Assembly: GCA_003020965.1 (NCBI GenBank)
Contig: PXRL01000023.1
Coordinates: 37,926 to 101,925 of the forward strand
Reading direction: 5' to 3'
Source of the DNA: Halobacteriales archaeon QS_4_69_225
GTDB taxonomy: Archaea; Halobacteriota; Halobacteria; Halobacteriales; Haloarculaceae
Length of the DNA: 64,000 nucleotides
The notes under the pieces are model-generated. The model saw only the letters and a program-made list of their open reading frames with translations. It was not told where the DNA came from and made no database searches. A program made the translations under genes and the position numbers. Shown piece by piece: positions 50,839 to 59,917 of this stretch (positions are counted from its first letter, which is position 1; the number at the start of each line of letters is the position of its first letter).

Positions 50839-51600
50839 ATGGAGACGGTCGACCACGACGGCCGGACGACCGCCTATCGCGCGACGGACTTCGGCGACGG
50901 CCCCCGGGTCTGCTACGTCCACGGCGCCGGCGGGAGCCACGAGGTCTGGGTCCGGCAGTACGGCGACCGCGAGGGGCCGCCGGCCGCGGCCGTCGACCTC
51001 TCGGGCCACGGCGACAGCGACGACGTCGAGACTGAGCCGGGAACCGAGACGCTTTCGGCCTACGCCGACGACGTCGTCGCCGTCTGCGAGGCGACCGGCG
51101 CGAGCGTCGTCTGCGGGCACTCGATGGGCGGCGCCGTCGCGCTGTGGGTCGCCCTCGAGCGGGCCCTCGATCTCGAGGCGCTGGTGCTGGCGGGCTCCGG
51201 CGCCAAGCTGAGCGTCGACGAGGGGTTCCTCGAATCGCTGGACCGGGGCTTCGAGGCCGCCGTCGCCTCGCTGCACGTCCCGGACGTGCTGTTCCACGAC
51301 CCCGACGACGAACTGACGGACGTCTCCGAACGGGGCCTGCTCGCGACCGGCCGGGCCGTCACCCGGCGGGACTTCCACACCTGCGACGCCTTCGACGTCC
51401 GGGGCCGGCTGGCAGCCGTCGACGCCCCGGCGCTGGCGCTCTGCGGCGAGTACGACCCGATGACGCCGCCCCGGTTCCACAAGTACCTCGCGGCGGAGCT
51501 GCCGGACTGCGAGTGCGTCGAACTGTCGGCGGCGGCACACATGGCGATGCTCGAGCGGCCGGCGGCGTTCAACGACGCCGTCCGGTCGTTTCTATTTTGA
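50839..51600 (+). CDS. Alpha/beta hydrolase
   Basis: VHGAGG, DLSGHG, GHSMGG, GEYDPMTP, AHMAMLE. Confidence 0.92.
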   Translation: METVDHDGRTTAYRATDFGDGPRVCYVHGAGGSHEVWVRQYGDREGPPAAAVDLSGHGDSDDVETEPGTETLSAYADDVVAVCEATGASVVCGHSMGGAVALWVALERALDLEALVLAGSGAKLSVDEGFLESLDRGFEAAVASLHVPDVLFHDPDDELTDVSERGLLATGRAVTRRDFHTCDAFDVRGRLAAVDAPALALCGEYDPMTPPRFHKYLAAELPDCECVELSAAAHMAMLERPAAFNDAVRSFLF

Positions 51601-52046
51601 TACAGCGAGAGAATCCCGGCCATCAGGCCGTCATCAGAAACCGGAGATTTCTGATTGCCCGTCAGACGTAGTCTGATGACCGGGCGTGAATTGCGTCAGC
51701 GTCAGAACGCTTTTTATTCGTGCGGCCCGTTCGCACACCCAACCGAGGCGGCACGACCGCCCCCATGTCGGGACAATCGGACAATCTCGGGATTCCTGTC
51801 CGGCTCTTGCAGGCACCCCTTGTGGGAACGGCACAGGATACCGACACAAAACAACAAGGTACCTCCGAATCCCCCACGGGATAGGAGTAACGGGGGCGTG
51901 GCACTCCCAGCACTTGTCGGTGTGCGAACGTAAGTTCCCAACGCTTCCGCCTTCGGCGGTGAGGGGAAGCCGCGCCGTCGCCGGGCTACGCCCGGCTGCT
52001 TGAGGGAGCTTCGCTCCCTCTCCGTTCACGACGCGGAGGATGTCAC
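51596..52046 (+). mobile_element. Non-autonomous IS200/IS605 derivative (PATE-like) with omegaRNA-like region
   Basis: LE hairpin AATCCCGGCC..GGCCG[insert]GG; internal CCGAATCCCCCACGGGATAGGAGTAACGG matches the 3' end of tnpB-2; RE GGGAAGCCGCG...CGCGGAGGATGTCAC. Confidence 0.8.
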
Positions 52047-53068
52047 AGCCGTTCGGCGGCGTCCTTCTCGACCAGCACCTCGGCGTTCGGCTCCGGCAGC
52101 GTGACGACGGTGCCGGCGCCGAGGTCGTAGTCCCGGTCGTCGGCGCCGACCACCTCACCGACTTCGTCGGTGATCCGGACCGTCGTCCGCGGCAGTCCGG
52201 GAATCGACGACCCGCCGTCGTCCGCCGGGTCGGTCGTCCGGTTATCCGTCCCGCCCGCTGGGTCGACGTCGGCTCCGGGACCGGGCCCGGTGTCGGTGCC
52301 GGCCTCCGCTCGTTCCGGCGCTGCCGCCGGTGCCGGCGGGTCGTCGGCCGACGGCGTCGACGGCTCGTCTGACGAACCGGGGGCCGGGTCTGCCGATGCC
52401 GACGCCGACGCTGACGCCACGGGCGGCGCCGCGTCCGCGGGACCGTCGGTCGTCGTCCCGTCGGACGAAGCGGCGTCGGTCCCCATCAGGTCCGCGGCGC
52501 TGACGTCGGCGTCCGCCGCGTCGGCGTCCGCCGCGTCGGCGCCCGCCGGCGACGAGTCGGACTCGACCGGCGACGGGTCGCGTCCGGGGTCGGCCGGCGA
52601 CGCGGCGTCGGTTCCGGCGGTCGCGTCCACGTCCGCGCCCGTGCCGCCACCGGGGTCGACCGAACACGATACCGACGGGCCCTCGCCGTCGGTCGCCGAC
52701 AGGACCGCCTCGCGGTTCCGCTCGATGCGGGCGACGAGGTCCTCGAACAGCTCCTCCTCCTCGTCGGTGAGGCCGTCGTCGTCGACGGGCATCCCGGCGG
52801 CGGCGATGGAGGCCTTCTTGACGACCTTGCCGACCCGACGCTCGTAAACTGCCTCGACGGTCCGTTCGGCGGTCTCGATGTCGTCGGTGAGCCGCCGAAC
52901 ATCCGGCGAGGAGAAGGGGTCGTCGGCCGCCTCGACGGCTCGGGCGCGCTCCTCGGAGAGCCGCTCGACGAACTCGCCGACCTCCCGGTAGAACGACGGT
53001 CGCAGGTGCTGGAGGTCGCTGGACTGCCGTTCGCGGGCCTGCACCGACTGGAGTTCGTCGAGGTTCAT
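52043..53068 (-). CDS. ginA: GINS complex subunit (Gins51-type) with long acidic linker
   Basis: MNLDELQSVQ..ER...LRPSFY...ERRVGKVVK A-domain; C-terminal VRIT..VGE..G.D...YDL B-domain; coupled to priS. Confidence 0.82.
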   Translation of the reverse strand: MNLDELQSVQARERQSSDLQHLRPSFYREVGEFVERLSEERARAVEAADDPFSSPDVRRLTDDIETAERTVEAVYERRVGKVVKKASIAAAGMPVDDDGLTDEEEELFEDLVARIERNREAVLSATDGEGPSVSCSVDPGGGTGADVDATAGTDAASPADPGRDPSPVESDSSPAGADAADADAADADVSAADLMGTDAASSDGTTTDGPADAAPPVASASASASADPAPGSSDEPSTPSADDPPAPAAAPERAEAGTDTGPGPGADVDPAGGTDNRTTDPADDGGSSIPGLPRTTVRITDEVGEVVGADDRDYDLGAGTVVTLPEPNAEVLVEKDAAERL

Positions 53069-54246
53069 TCTCCGGCCTTGGTCGCGTGGCCGCGGGTCAT
53101 CGCGAAGATGCCCGCGTACTCTGGCACCGAGTGGACACCCTCGGGGAAACTAAAGCTTTCGCCGCCGAGTTCGACGGTCGTCGGCTCCCGGACGTAGACG
53201 GCGATGTCGTTGCCGACGAACGTCTCCGGGACGGCGTCGACCAGCGGGTCGAAGTCGTCGACGTCGGCGCGGTCGATCCGGCGGACGGCGAGGCCGCTGC
53301 CGCCGTGAAGGCTCCCCGGCAGCCGGATGAGTCGGTTGATGTCCGTCGTCACCGGCTCGTCGATCGGCGCCGCCTCCTCCGCGACGACCCGCTCGAACAG
53401 CCTCCGCGCGAGGCCGTACACCGCCGGATGGACGTCGACGTTGCCCGACGCCAGCGCCGCCCGATTGTCGCGGGCGGCCGACAGCGCCGCCGTCGCCTTC
53501 CCCTCGCCGATGCCGTCGAAGCTCCGGAGCCGCTCGAGGGCCGCCGACTCCTCGGCCGCGAGCAGCTCGTCGACGAACGCTTCGAGCCGGTCGCGGGTCC
53601 GGCCGGCCCACCCCCCGTCCGGTAGCGACCGCTTCTGGGCCGGCGACGAACGGCCGGCGCTGCCGGCGACGGCCTCCGTCCGCACCACGTCGTCGAACGC
53701 GATACCCTCCCCGAGCAGGTAGTCGACCACCTCCCGCCGCGCCCGCCGGTCCAGTTCGGCGACGCCGGGGTCCCGGACGTGGACGTGGTAGCCCCGGCCG
53801 CCGGAGAAGACGATCGTCATGTCCTCGAAGCCGAGGTCCGACTCCAGCAGGTCCAGCAGCCGCAACAGCGCGTCCTTGCAGGCCGACAGCATCGCCGCGT
53901 AGCCGTCCGTCTCCGGGTCGACGCCCGGCAGGTGGTCGGCGTCGAGGTCGAACACCAGGTCCGAGCCGCGCCATCCCTTCCGACCCATGCTGCCGGCACC
54001 GGGGTCGTCGTACCGGCCCGCCGAGAAGTAGGCGTGTCGCGGCCGCTCGCCCGCCAGGAAGTCCCCGAGGTCGCCGCCGCCGACGAGGTCCAGATGCGAG
54101 CGGTGCCGGATCATCGTCGTGCCGCCGTCGCTCCAGGTGATGTACCCCCACTCGCGCTCGTTGGTGGCCGGCGGCGGCGACACCGACGCCCGCCGGTAGT
54201 AATCGCCGAACCGACCGCGGAGGTACTCGCGGGTGCGGCCGTCCAT
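53065..54246 (-). CDS. priS: DNA primase small subunit
   Basis: REWG, DLVFDLDAD, FSGGRGYHVHV, IDEPVTTD..RLIRLPGSLH. Confidence 0.96.
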   Translation of the reverse strand: MDGRTREYLRGRFGDYYRRASVSPPPATNEREWGYITWSDGGTTMIRHRSHLDLVGGGDLGDFLAGERPRHAYFSAGRYDDPGAGSMGRKGWRGSDLVFDLDADHLPGVDPETDGYAAMLSACKDALLRLLDLLESDLGFEDMTIVFSGGRGYHVHVRDPGVAELDRRARREVVDYLLGEGIAFDDVVRTEAVAGSAGRSSPAQKRSLPDGGWAGRTRDRLEAFVDELLAAEESAALERLRSFDGIGEGKATAALSAARDNRAALASGNVDVHPAVYGLARRLFERVVAEEAAPIDEPVTTDINRLIRLPGSLHGGSGLAVRRIDRADVDDFDPLVDAVPETFVGNDIAVYVREPTTVELGGESFSFPEGVHSVPEYAGIFAMTRGHATKAGE

Positions 54247-54344
54247 GCCCCGGCGTTCGGAGGTCGGTCGAAAAAGGGTTTGCTCTCGGCTACCGGCGGT
54301 GTTCAGATAACTACTGATTCATAAACCCAGTTTCTGCTGACCGG

Positions 54345-54712
54345 TCAATTGACTCCTGGCGGACTGAAAGGGCGAGGCGCTGCGTGGCGGCGAAGCCGCC
54401 ACGTTAGATGGCGGCCGGTTTCACCGGCCGCCCACTCGACGAACCCCGGCGTTCGCGGCGCCGTGCGCCGCGAGCTCGGGAGAGCTTTGCTCTCCCGGTG
54501 ACGCAAGCAGAGAGGGAGCCTGCGGCTCCCTCGGCCCGCTCGCGCGGCAACGCCGCGCGAGGACACTGCAGGGCGCAACGCGCCCGAAGCGCGTCGTTCG
54601 GAAGACCTCCGGTCTTCCGTGATCACGAAAATCTTCGATTTTCGGACGACAGCGAGCAGTAGCGAGGCGCGACCGCAGGGAGCGCCTCGCGCCGAGGGCT
54701 TTCTGTGTGTTT
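54345..54712. repeat. Mosaic intergenic repeat (GACTGAAAGGG...GGGCTTTC type) with nested hairpin modules
   Basis: Shares about 99 bp identically with 46922-47020, and shares CGCGCGG..CCGCGCGAGGACAC with about 7480 and about 46880. Confidence 0.75.
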
Positions 54713-54749
54713 GAGCCATTCTACGAGTTCTCATCTGAACACTCCCCGG

Positions 54750-55238
54750 CTACCCGCCCGGCATGAACCGAGACAACGTCTCGGTGATACCGCCGTCGCC
54801 AAGCCGGAGGTAGTAAGCGTCGCCGTCGTCCTCGTAGTAGCCGTCGACGCGGCGCTGAATCTCGAAGCCCAGGTGCTCGTAGAAGGCCAGCGCCGCCTCG
54901 TTGGTCGCCCGGGCGTGGCAGGTCACCGAGCTGTGATCGTCGGCGACGGCGGCGACCAGCCGGCGGCCGAACCCCTCACCGCGGTAGTCCGGGTGGACCG
55001 CCAGAAAGAGGATGTAGCCGTCCCGCCGCGTGGCGGCGAAGCCGACGACGGCGCCGTCGTCGTACCCCGGCTCGATCAGGAGGTACGCCTTCGAGCGGCG
55101 GTACGCGTCGGTGAAGAAGCCGTGACGCTGCTTGAGAACGTCCTCCTCGCGCCGGATGCGCTCCTTCAACTCCCACGCCTCGTCGACGAAGTCGTCGTCA
55201 CCGGTGTCGACGAGGCGTGTATCGACCGTGACACTCAC
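54750..55238 (-). CDS. GNAT acetyltransferase (RimI-like)
   Basis: LAVHPDYRGEGFGRRL, NEAALAFYEHLGF, GYYEDDGDAY. Confidence 0.9.
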   Translation of the reverse strand: MSVTVDTRLVDTGDDDFVDEAWELKERIRREEDVLKQRHGFFTDAYRRSKAYLLIEPGYDDGAVVGFAATRRDGYILFLAVHPDYRGEGFGRRLVAAVADDHSSVTCHARATNEAALAFYEHLGFEIQRRVDGYYEDDGDAYYLRLGDGGITETLSRFMPGG

Positions 55239-55331
55239 TACCGTCATTTATGAACGGGTCGGATATAACTCCACCGCCATCCTTCCGTCGTCGCGTAACC
55301 CTTTCGTCCGTCCGGCGGTTCGACCCGGCCG

Positions 55332-55778
55332 ATGGACGACAGCGACCGCGGTGACGGGGGGCGGACGGCCGGGCGGTTCGAGCTCCGGCGACACACCGCC
55401 GACGTCGCCGTCGAGGCGACCGGCGACTCCCTCGGCGAGGTCTTCGCCGCCGCCGGGGCCGGGTTCACCGCCGCCCACTGCGAGACGGTGCCGGCGACCG
55501 GCGAGCGGTTCGGCTTCGGCGTCGGCGCCGACTCCCGGGAGGCGCTGCTGTTCGACTACCTCGACGAACTCGTCTACCGCCGCGACGCCGACGGGGCGCT
55601 GCCGACCGACCACGAGGTGACGGTCCACTGGAACGGCACCTGGGTCGCGGAGGCGTACGCCCGCGGCGTCCCCGTCGACGCCGTCGACGCCCGCGAGATC
55701 AAGGCCGTCACCTACTCCGAGATGACCGTCGAGGAGACCGACGACGGCTGGCGGTGCTACGTCGTCCTCGACGTCTAA
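55332..55778 (+). CDS. Archease
   Basis: HTADV..EA.G, LLFDYLDELVY, EIKAVTY, VVLDV C-terminus. Confidence 0.93.
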   Translation: MDDSDRGDGGRTAGRFELRRHTADVAVEATGDSLGEVFAAAGAGFTAAHCETVPATGERFGFGVGADSREALLFDYLDELVYRRDADGALPTDHEVTVHWNGTWVAEAYARGVPVDAVDAREIKAVTYSEMTVEETDDGWRCYVVLDV

Positions 55779-55972
55779 ACGCCGAGCGACTCCAGCAGGT
55801 CGAGCCCGACGCCGAGGTACTCGACCGTCCTGAACCCGAGGTAGATGCCGACGATGCCGAGCAGCCCCGCCAGCTGCGGCGGCGCGGGGATGGGAACGCC
55901 GACGAAGGCGAAGACCGCCCCGGCGAGAAAGCCCGTCAGCAGTGCCAGCAGCGCGACGACCGGTCCGTTCAT
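55775..55972 (-). CDS. XapX-domain small membrane protein
   Basis: G.VFAFVGVPIPAPP..AGLLGIVGIYLG. Confidence 0.85.
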   Translation of the reverse strand: MNGPVVALLALLTGFLAGAVFAFVGVPIPAPPQLAGLLGIVGIYLGFRTVEYLGVGLDLLESLGV

Positions 55973-56141
55973 ACCGCCCCCAGGAACGGGGCGGAGGTAG
56001 GGGTTGTGATGCCCCGGCGCGTCCGGAATCGCGCCGCGCCCGCCGGCACGGGCCCCGCGACGGGATGTTGCCGGCGGTCGGTCGTCGCATCCGACCTCAC
56101 GAGTAGTCGTCGCCGCCGTCCGTGCCGACCGGTGACCGTCG

Positions 56142-58097
56142 CTATGCGACGCTGTCGTCGCCGTAGATGTCCCGTATCTCCGCCTCGAAGCGGTCGGCGA
56201 CGGCCCGCCGTTTGAGCTTCATCGACGGCGTCAGCAGGTCGTTGTCCGGCGTCCACTCCGTCGGCACCAGCCGGAACTCCTTGATGCGCTCGGACTTCGG
56301 CAGCTCCCGGTTGACGGCTTCGACCTCGGTCTCGACGAACCCCCGGACGCGGTCGTCCTCGCAGATCGCCTCGCGGTCGTCCGGGAGGTCGATCCCCTTC
56401 GACCGGGCCCACGCCTCGACGGCCTCGACGTTCGGCACGAACAGCGCGCCGACGAACTTCCGGTCGTCGCCGACGACCATCGCCTGCTCGATCCGCTCGG
56501 AGGTGGCGAACTCCGACTCGATGGGCTGGGGGGCGACGTTCTTGCCCGTGTCCAGGACGATGAGCTGCTTCAGCCGGTCGTGGTAGACGAGGTAGTCGTC
56601 GTCGGTCCGCTCGACGATGTCGCCGCTGCGGAACCAGCCGTCCTCGGTGAACGCCTCCTCGGTCGCGCCCGGTCGCTCCCAGTAGCCCGACGTCACGTTC
56701 GGGCCCTTGACGTGGAGTTCGCCCACCCTGCCGTCGGTCCCTTCGTGGCGCTTCTCACCGACGACGGAGCCGTCGAGCCGGACGTCGACGTTGACCAGCG
56801 GCGGCCCCAGCGTCCCCGCCCGGGGGTCCTCCGGCGGGTTGACCGACACGACCGGCGCCGTCTCCGTCAGCCCGTAGCCCTCGTAGATCGGCAGTCCCAT
56901 CCCCTCGAACAGCCGTGCGAGCCGCGTCGAGAGGCTGCCGCCGCCGCTGATGAACGCCTCGACGTTGCCGCCGAGCTGCTCCCGGACGTTCGAGAACACC
57001 AGCCGGTCGTAGAGGGAGTGTCGCGCCCGCAGCAGCGGCCCCGGGGAGTCGGCGGCGGCGTACTCCCGGGCGACCGCCACCGCCCGCCGGAACACCGACG
57101 ACGGTGCCTCCGACCGCATGTCGTCGAAGATGCGCTCGTAGACCCGCGGCACCGACGAGGCCGTCGTCGGCTTCACGAGCCGGATGTCGTCGGCGACGGC
57201 GTCCGGCGACTCGGCGTAGGCGACCGTCGCCCCCGAGGCGAACATCAGGAAGTGTCCGGCCACGCGCTCGAAGACGTGCGCCAGCGGCAGAAACGACAGC
57301 GCCCGGTCGGTCTCGTCGAAGACCGGCAGCTCCGGCTCCTTGTCCGGCCGGGGGCCCATCCGCTTGCGGATGCCGTTGACGTTCGCCCGGAAGTTGCGGT
57401 GGGTCAGCTTGACGCCCTTCGGCTTGCCCGTCGTCCCCGAGGTGTAGACGAGCGACGCCAGCGCGTCGACGTCCCGCTCCGCCAGCCGCGTCTCGTAAGC
57501 GTCGCCGTCGAAGGCCGCCCGCCCGCGCTCGTACAGCTCCGCCAGCGAGATGACGTCGTCGCGGTCGTCGTACCCCTCGAACTCGTCGACCACGACGACG
57601 AACGACAGCTCCAGCTCCGACTCGACCTCGAGCAGCCGCTCCAGCAGCGTCTCGTCCTCGACGACGACCCCCTCGGCACCGGGGTCCTCGAGCAGGTACT
57701 GCACCCGGCTCGGCGACGACTCGGTGTACACCGTCGTCACCACGGCGCCCGCCGCCAGGAGCCCGAAGTCGGCCTGTGCCCACTCCATGCGCGTGTTCGA
57801 GAAGATACCCACCCGCGTTCCGTTCTCGACGCCGAGTTCCCGGAACCCAGCCGACAGACAGCGGACGACGTCCTGCATCTCGGCGTAGGTCAGGGCCGCG
57901 AACTGGCCCGCCGGTGCCGCCGGCACGACGTCCGGAGCCAGCGAGCGGTCGTAGACACCCCCTTTGTACCACTGGGCGTCGCGGCTGGCGTGTCGGGACG
58001 CGCTGGCCTCGAACAGCCGCGGGAGCGTGTTCTCGCCCGTCACCTCGTCCCCGTAGGCCGCCTCCGCGCGCAGCCACGCCGGCTCGTCCGTGGACAT
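56142..58097 (-). CDS. Long-chain fatty acid-CoA ligase
   Basis: YTSGTTGKPKGV, FLPLAHVFER, EGYGLTET, WFRSGD, LTPSMKLKR. Confidence 0.93.
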   Translation of the reverse strand: MSTDEPAWLRAEAAYGDEVTGENTLPRLFEASASRHASRDAQWYKGGVYDRSLAPDVVPAAPAGQFAALTYAEMQDVVRCLSAGFRELGVENGTRVGIFSNTRMEWAQADFGLLAAGAVVTTVYTESSPSRVQYLLEDPGAEGVVVEDETLLERLLEVESELELSFVVVVDEFEGYDDRDDVISLAELYERGRAAFDGDAYETRLAERDVDALASLVYTSGTTGKPKGVKLTHRNFRANVNGIRKRMGPRPDKEPELPVFDETDRALSFLPLAHVFERVAGHFLMFASGATVAYAESPDAVADDIRLVKPTTASSVPRVYERIFDDMRSEAPSSVFRRAVAVAREYAAADSPGPLLRARHSLYDRLVFSNVREQLGGNVEAFISGGGSLSTRLARLFEGMGLPIYEGYGLTETAPVVSVNPPEDPRAGTLGPPLVNVDVRLDGSVVGEKRHEGTDGRVGELHVKGPNVTSGYWERPGATEEAFTEDGWFRSGDIVERTDDDYLVYHDRLKQLIVLDTGKNVAPQPIESEFATSERIEQAMVVGDDRKFVGALFVPNVEAVEAWARSKGIDLPDDREAICEDDRVRGFVETEVEAVNRELPKSERIKEFRLVPTEWTPDNDLLTPSMKLKRRAVADRFEAEIRDIYGDDSVA

Positions 58098-58210
58098 GGT
58101 TGTAAAGGCTGACGAGCCAGCTTTATGTGTGTGACGTTCGCCGGGGGCTGCCGGCCGCAGGCGCCGACCGATAACAAAATCCCCTTGTCCGTGGGCCCGA
58201 ACGCACGGAC

Positions 58211-58810
58211 GTGTTCGTCTCGCTTCCGGACATCGCTCCCGGCGGGTGGCGCTACGCGCGGCCGGCCGCCGTCGCCGCCGTTCCGGCGTTGGTCGTGGCA
58301 CCGCCGCTGGCGGCGGCCTGTCTCGCGGCCGCCCTCGCCGCGCTGTGGTTCCACCGCGACCCGGAGCGGTCGCCGCCGCCGGCGGGCGTCGTCGCCCCCG
58401 CCGACGGCCGTATCTCCGAGGTTCGCGACGAGGGCGACCGCCTCCGCGTCGTCGTCTTCATGAACGTCACCGACGTCCACGTCAACCGGGCGCCGGTCCC
58501 CTGTTCCGTCGCCGAGGTCACCCACTCGCCCGGCCGGCACCTGCCGGCGTTCAGCAAGGAGTCCGACCGCAACGAGCGGGTCGTCGTCGACTGCGGCGAC
58601 ACCGAGGTGACGCTCGTCGCCGGCGCCGTCGCCCGCCGCATTCACCCCTACGTCGAGGCCGGCGACGACCTCGACCGCGGCCAGCGGCTCGGCCACATCT
58701 CCTTCGGCTCCCGGGCCGACGTCCTCCTGCCGCCGGAGTTCGACCGCGACGACGTCCGCGTGACAGAGGGCCAGCACGTCCGCGCCGGCGAGACCGTCGT
58801 CGCCGCCTGA
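58211..58810 (+). CDS. Archaetidylserine/phosphatidylserine decarboxylase proenzyme
   Basis: FHRDPER, APADG, FMNVTDVHVNRAP, FGSRAD autocleavage motif. Confidence 0.9.
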   Translation: MFVSLPDIAPGGWRYARPAAVAAVPALVVAPPLAAACLAAALAALWFHRDPERSPPPAGVVAPADGRISEVRDEGDRLRVVVFMNVTDVHVNRAPVPCSVAEVTHSPGRHLPAFSKESDRNERVVVDCGDTEVTLVAGAVARRIHPYVEAGDDLDRGQRLGHISFGSRADVLLPPEFDRDDVRVTEGQHVRAGETVVAA

Positions 58811-58963
58811 TACCGGTCGCCGCGCCCCCACCGCGGGCTGCCAGCCGCGACGGGAAGGCGCCGGCGCACGCACGACGCTCCTCCGCCGTGTGGCCACGGA
58901 CACGACCACGCCGACCGGTACGAGGTCGCAGGCTTTTATCCGTGCCGCGCCGTAGCCGCTGCC

Positions 58964-59626
58964 GTGTCGCGAGAGGCCACCGTCCAGGGGGAGTTCCACG
59001 CCAGCGACCGGGACGCCCGCGCGCTGATCGAGGGCGACGACCTCGAAGCGTACGACGCCGTTCTCGTCGAGGGGCGGTCGCCGACGCTGGTGGTCCGGGA
59101 CCTGACGCTCGGCTACGCCGTCTTCCTCGTCGGCTACGTGACGCTGATGTGGGTCCAGACGGCCGTCGCCCGGGCCCGCGGCCGCGTTCGCGCCGGCGCC
59201 ACGCTCCGGGTGGCCGCCGACCGCGCCGACGCCGCCTTCCACGACCGCATCGACGCCGACACCGCGACCGTCTACGGGATGGTGCCGCCGACGGCCCGCC
59301 GGCTCGCCGGCGCCTGGCTTTTCGGCCTGCTGGCGCTGGCCGTCGTCGCCGGCGTCAACCGCCCGCTGCTCGTCGTCCTCTCGTGTTCGGTGCCGTACAT
59401 CTACACGTCCGTCGCCGTCGTCTTCGTGAAGATCGTCGGCGACGGCCGGGCGGCCCACATGGCCGACCGTGTCGACACCATCGCCGAGAAGCGCTCATAC
59501 GACCGGGTGGCGGTGCTCTGCGGCGACGCCCACCGCGACGCCGTCGGCGAGGCCCTCGAACGCCGCGAGTGGTCGGTCACGACCCGCCGGACCCGACACC
59601 CGCTCGGACGGCTGCTACCGTGGTGA
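58964..59626 (+). CDS. Hypothetical membrane protein
   Basis: GEFH...VLVEG...R..HMA...CGDAH; three hydrophobic segments. Confidence 0.6.
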   Translation: MSREATVQGEFHASDRDARALIEGDDLEAYDAVLVEGRSPTLVVRDLTLGYAVFLVGYVTLMWVQTAVARARGRVRAGATLRVAADRADAAFHDRIDADTATVYGMVPPTARRLAGAWLFGLLALAVVAGVNRPLLVVLSCSVPYIYTSVAVVFVKIVGDGRAAHMADRVDTIAEKRSYDRVAVLCGDAHRDAVGEALERREWSVTTRRTRHPLGRLLPW

Positions 59627-59917
59627 CGGCGGGTCGATCGAGGGGCGCTCGGGCGTCTCCTCCGACTGAAGCCGGTACGGACGACGATGCTCGGCGGCGG
59701 TCGGCTCACGGTCCGTGCTGTCTGACAGGTGTGGCGTGTCGAACGGTGTGGGTGTAGTCGAGACACTACGACGGCCGTGTCCGGGAACGGTAGCCGAATC
59801 CGCCGTACACGACGCCTGTGCCACGACCGCGTGGGGTGAGCGTTCACGTGATTAATCAAAAAGACTCTCAGACACAAAATCTCGTGAGATATACCTATCT
59901 GACCCGTAGTGGGCCTG

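Noticed and set aside
50839-51600. Alpha/beta hydrolase as the missing menH
   Set aside because: It is 28 kb from the men cluster and shows only generic hydrolase motifs.
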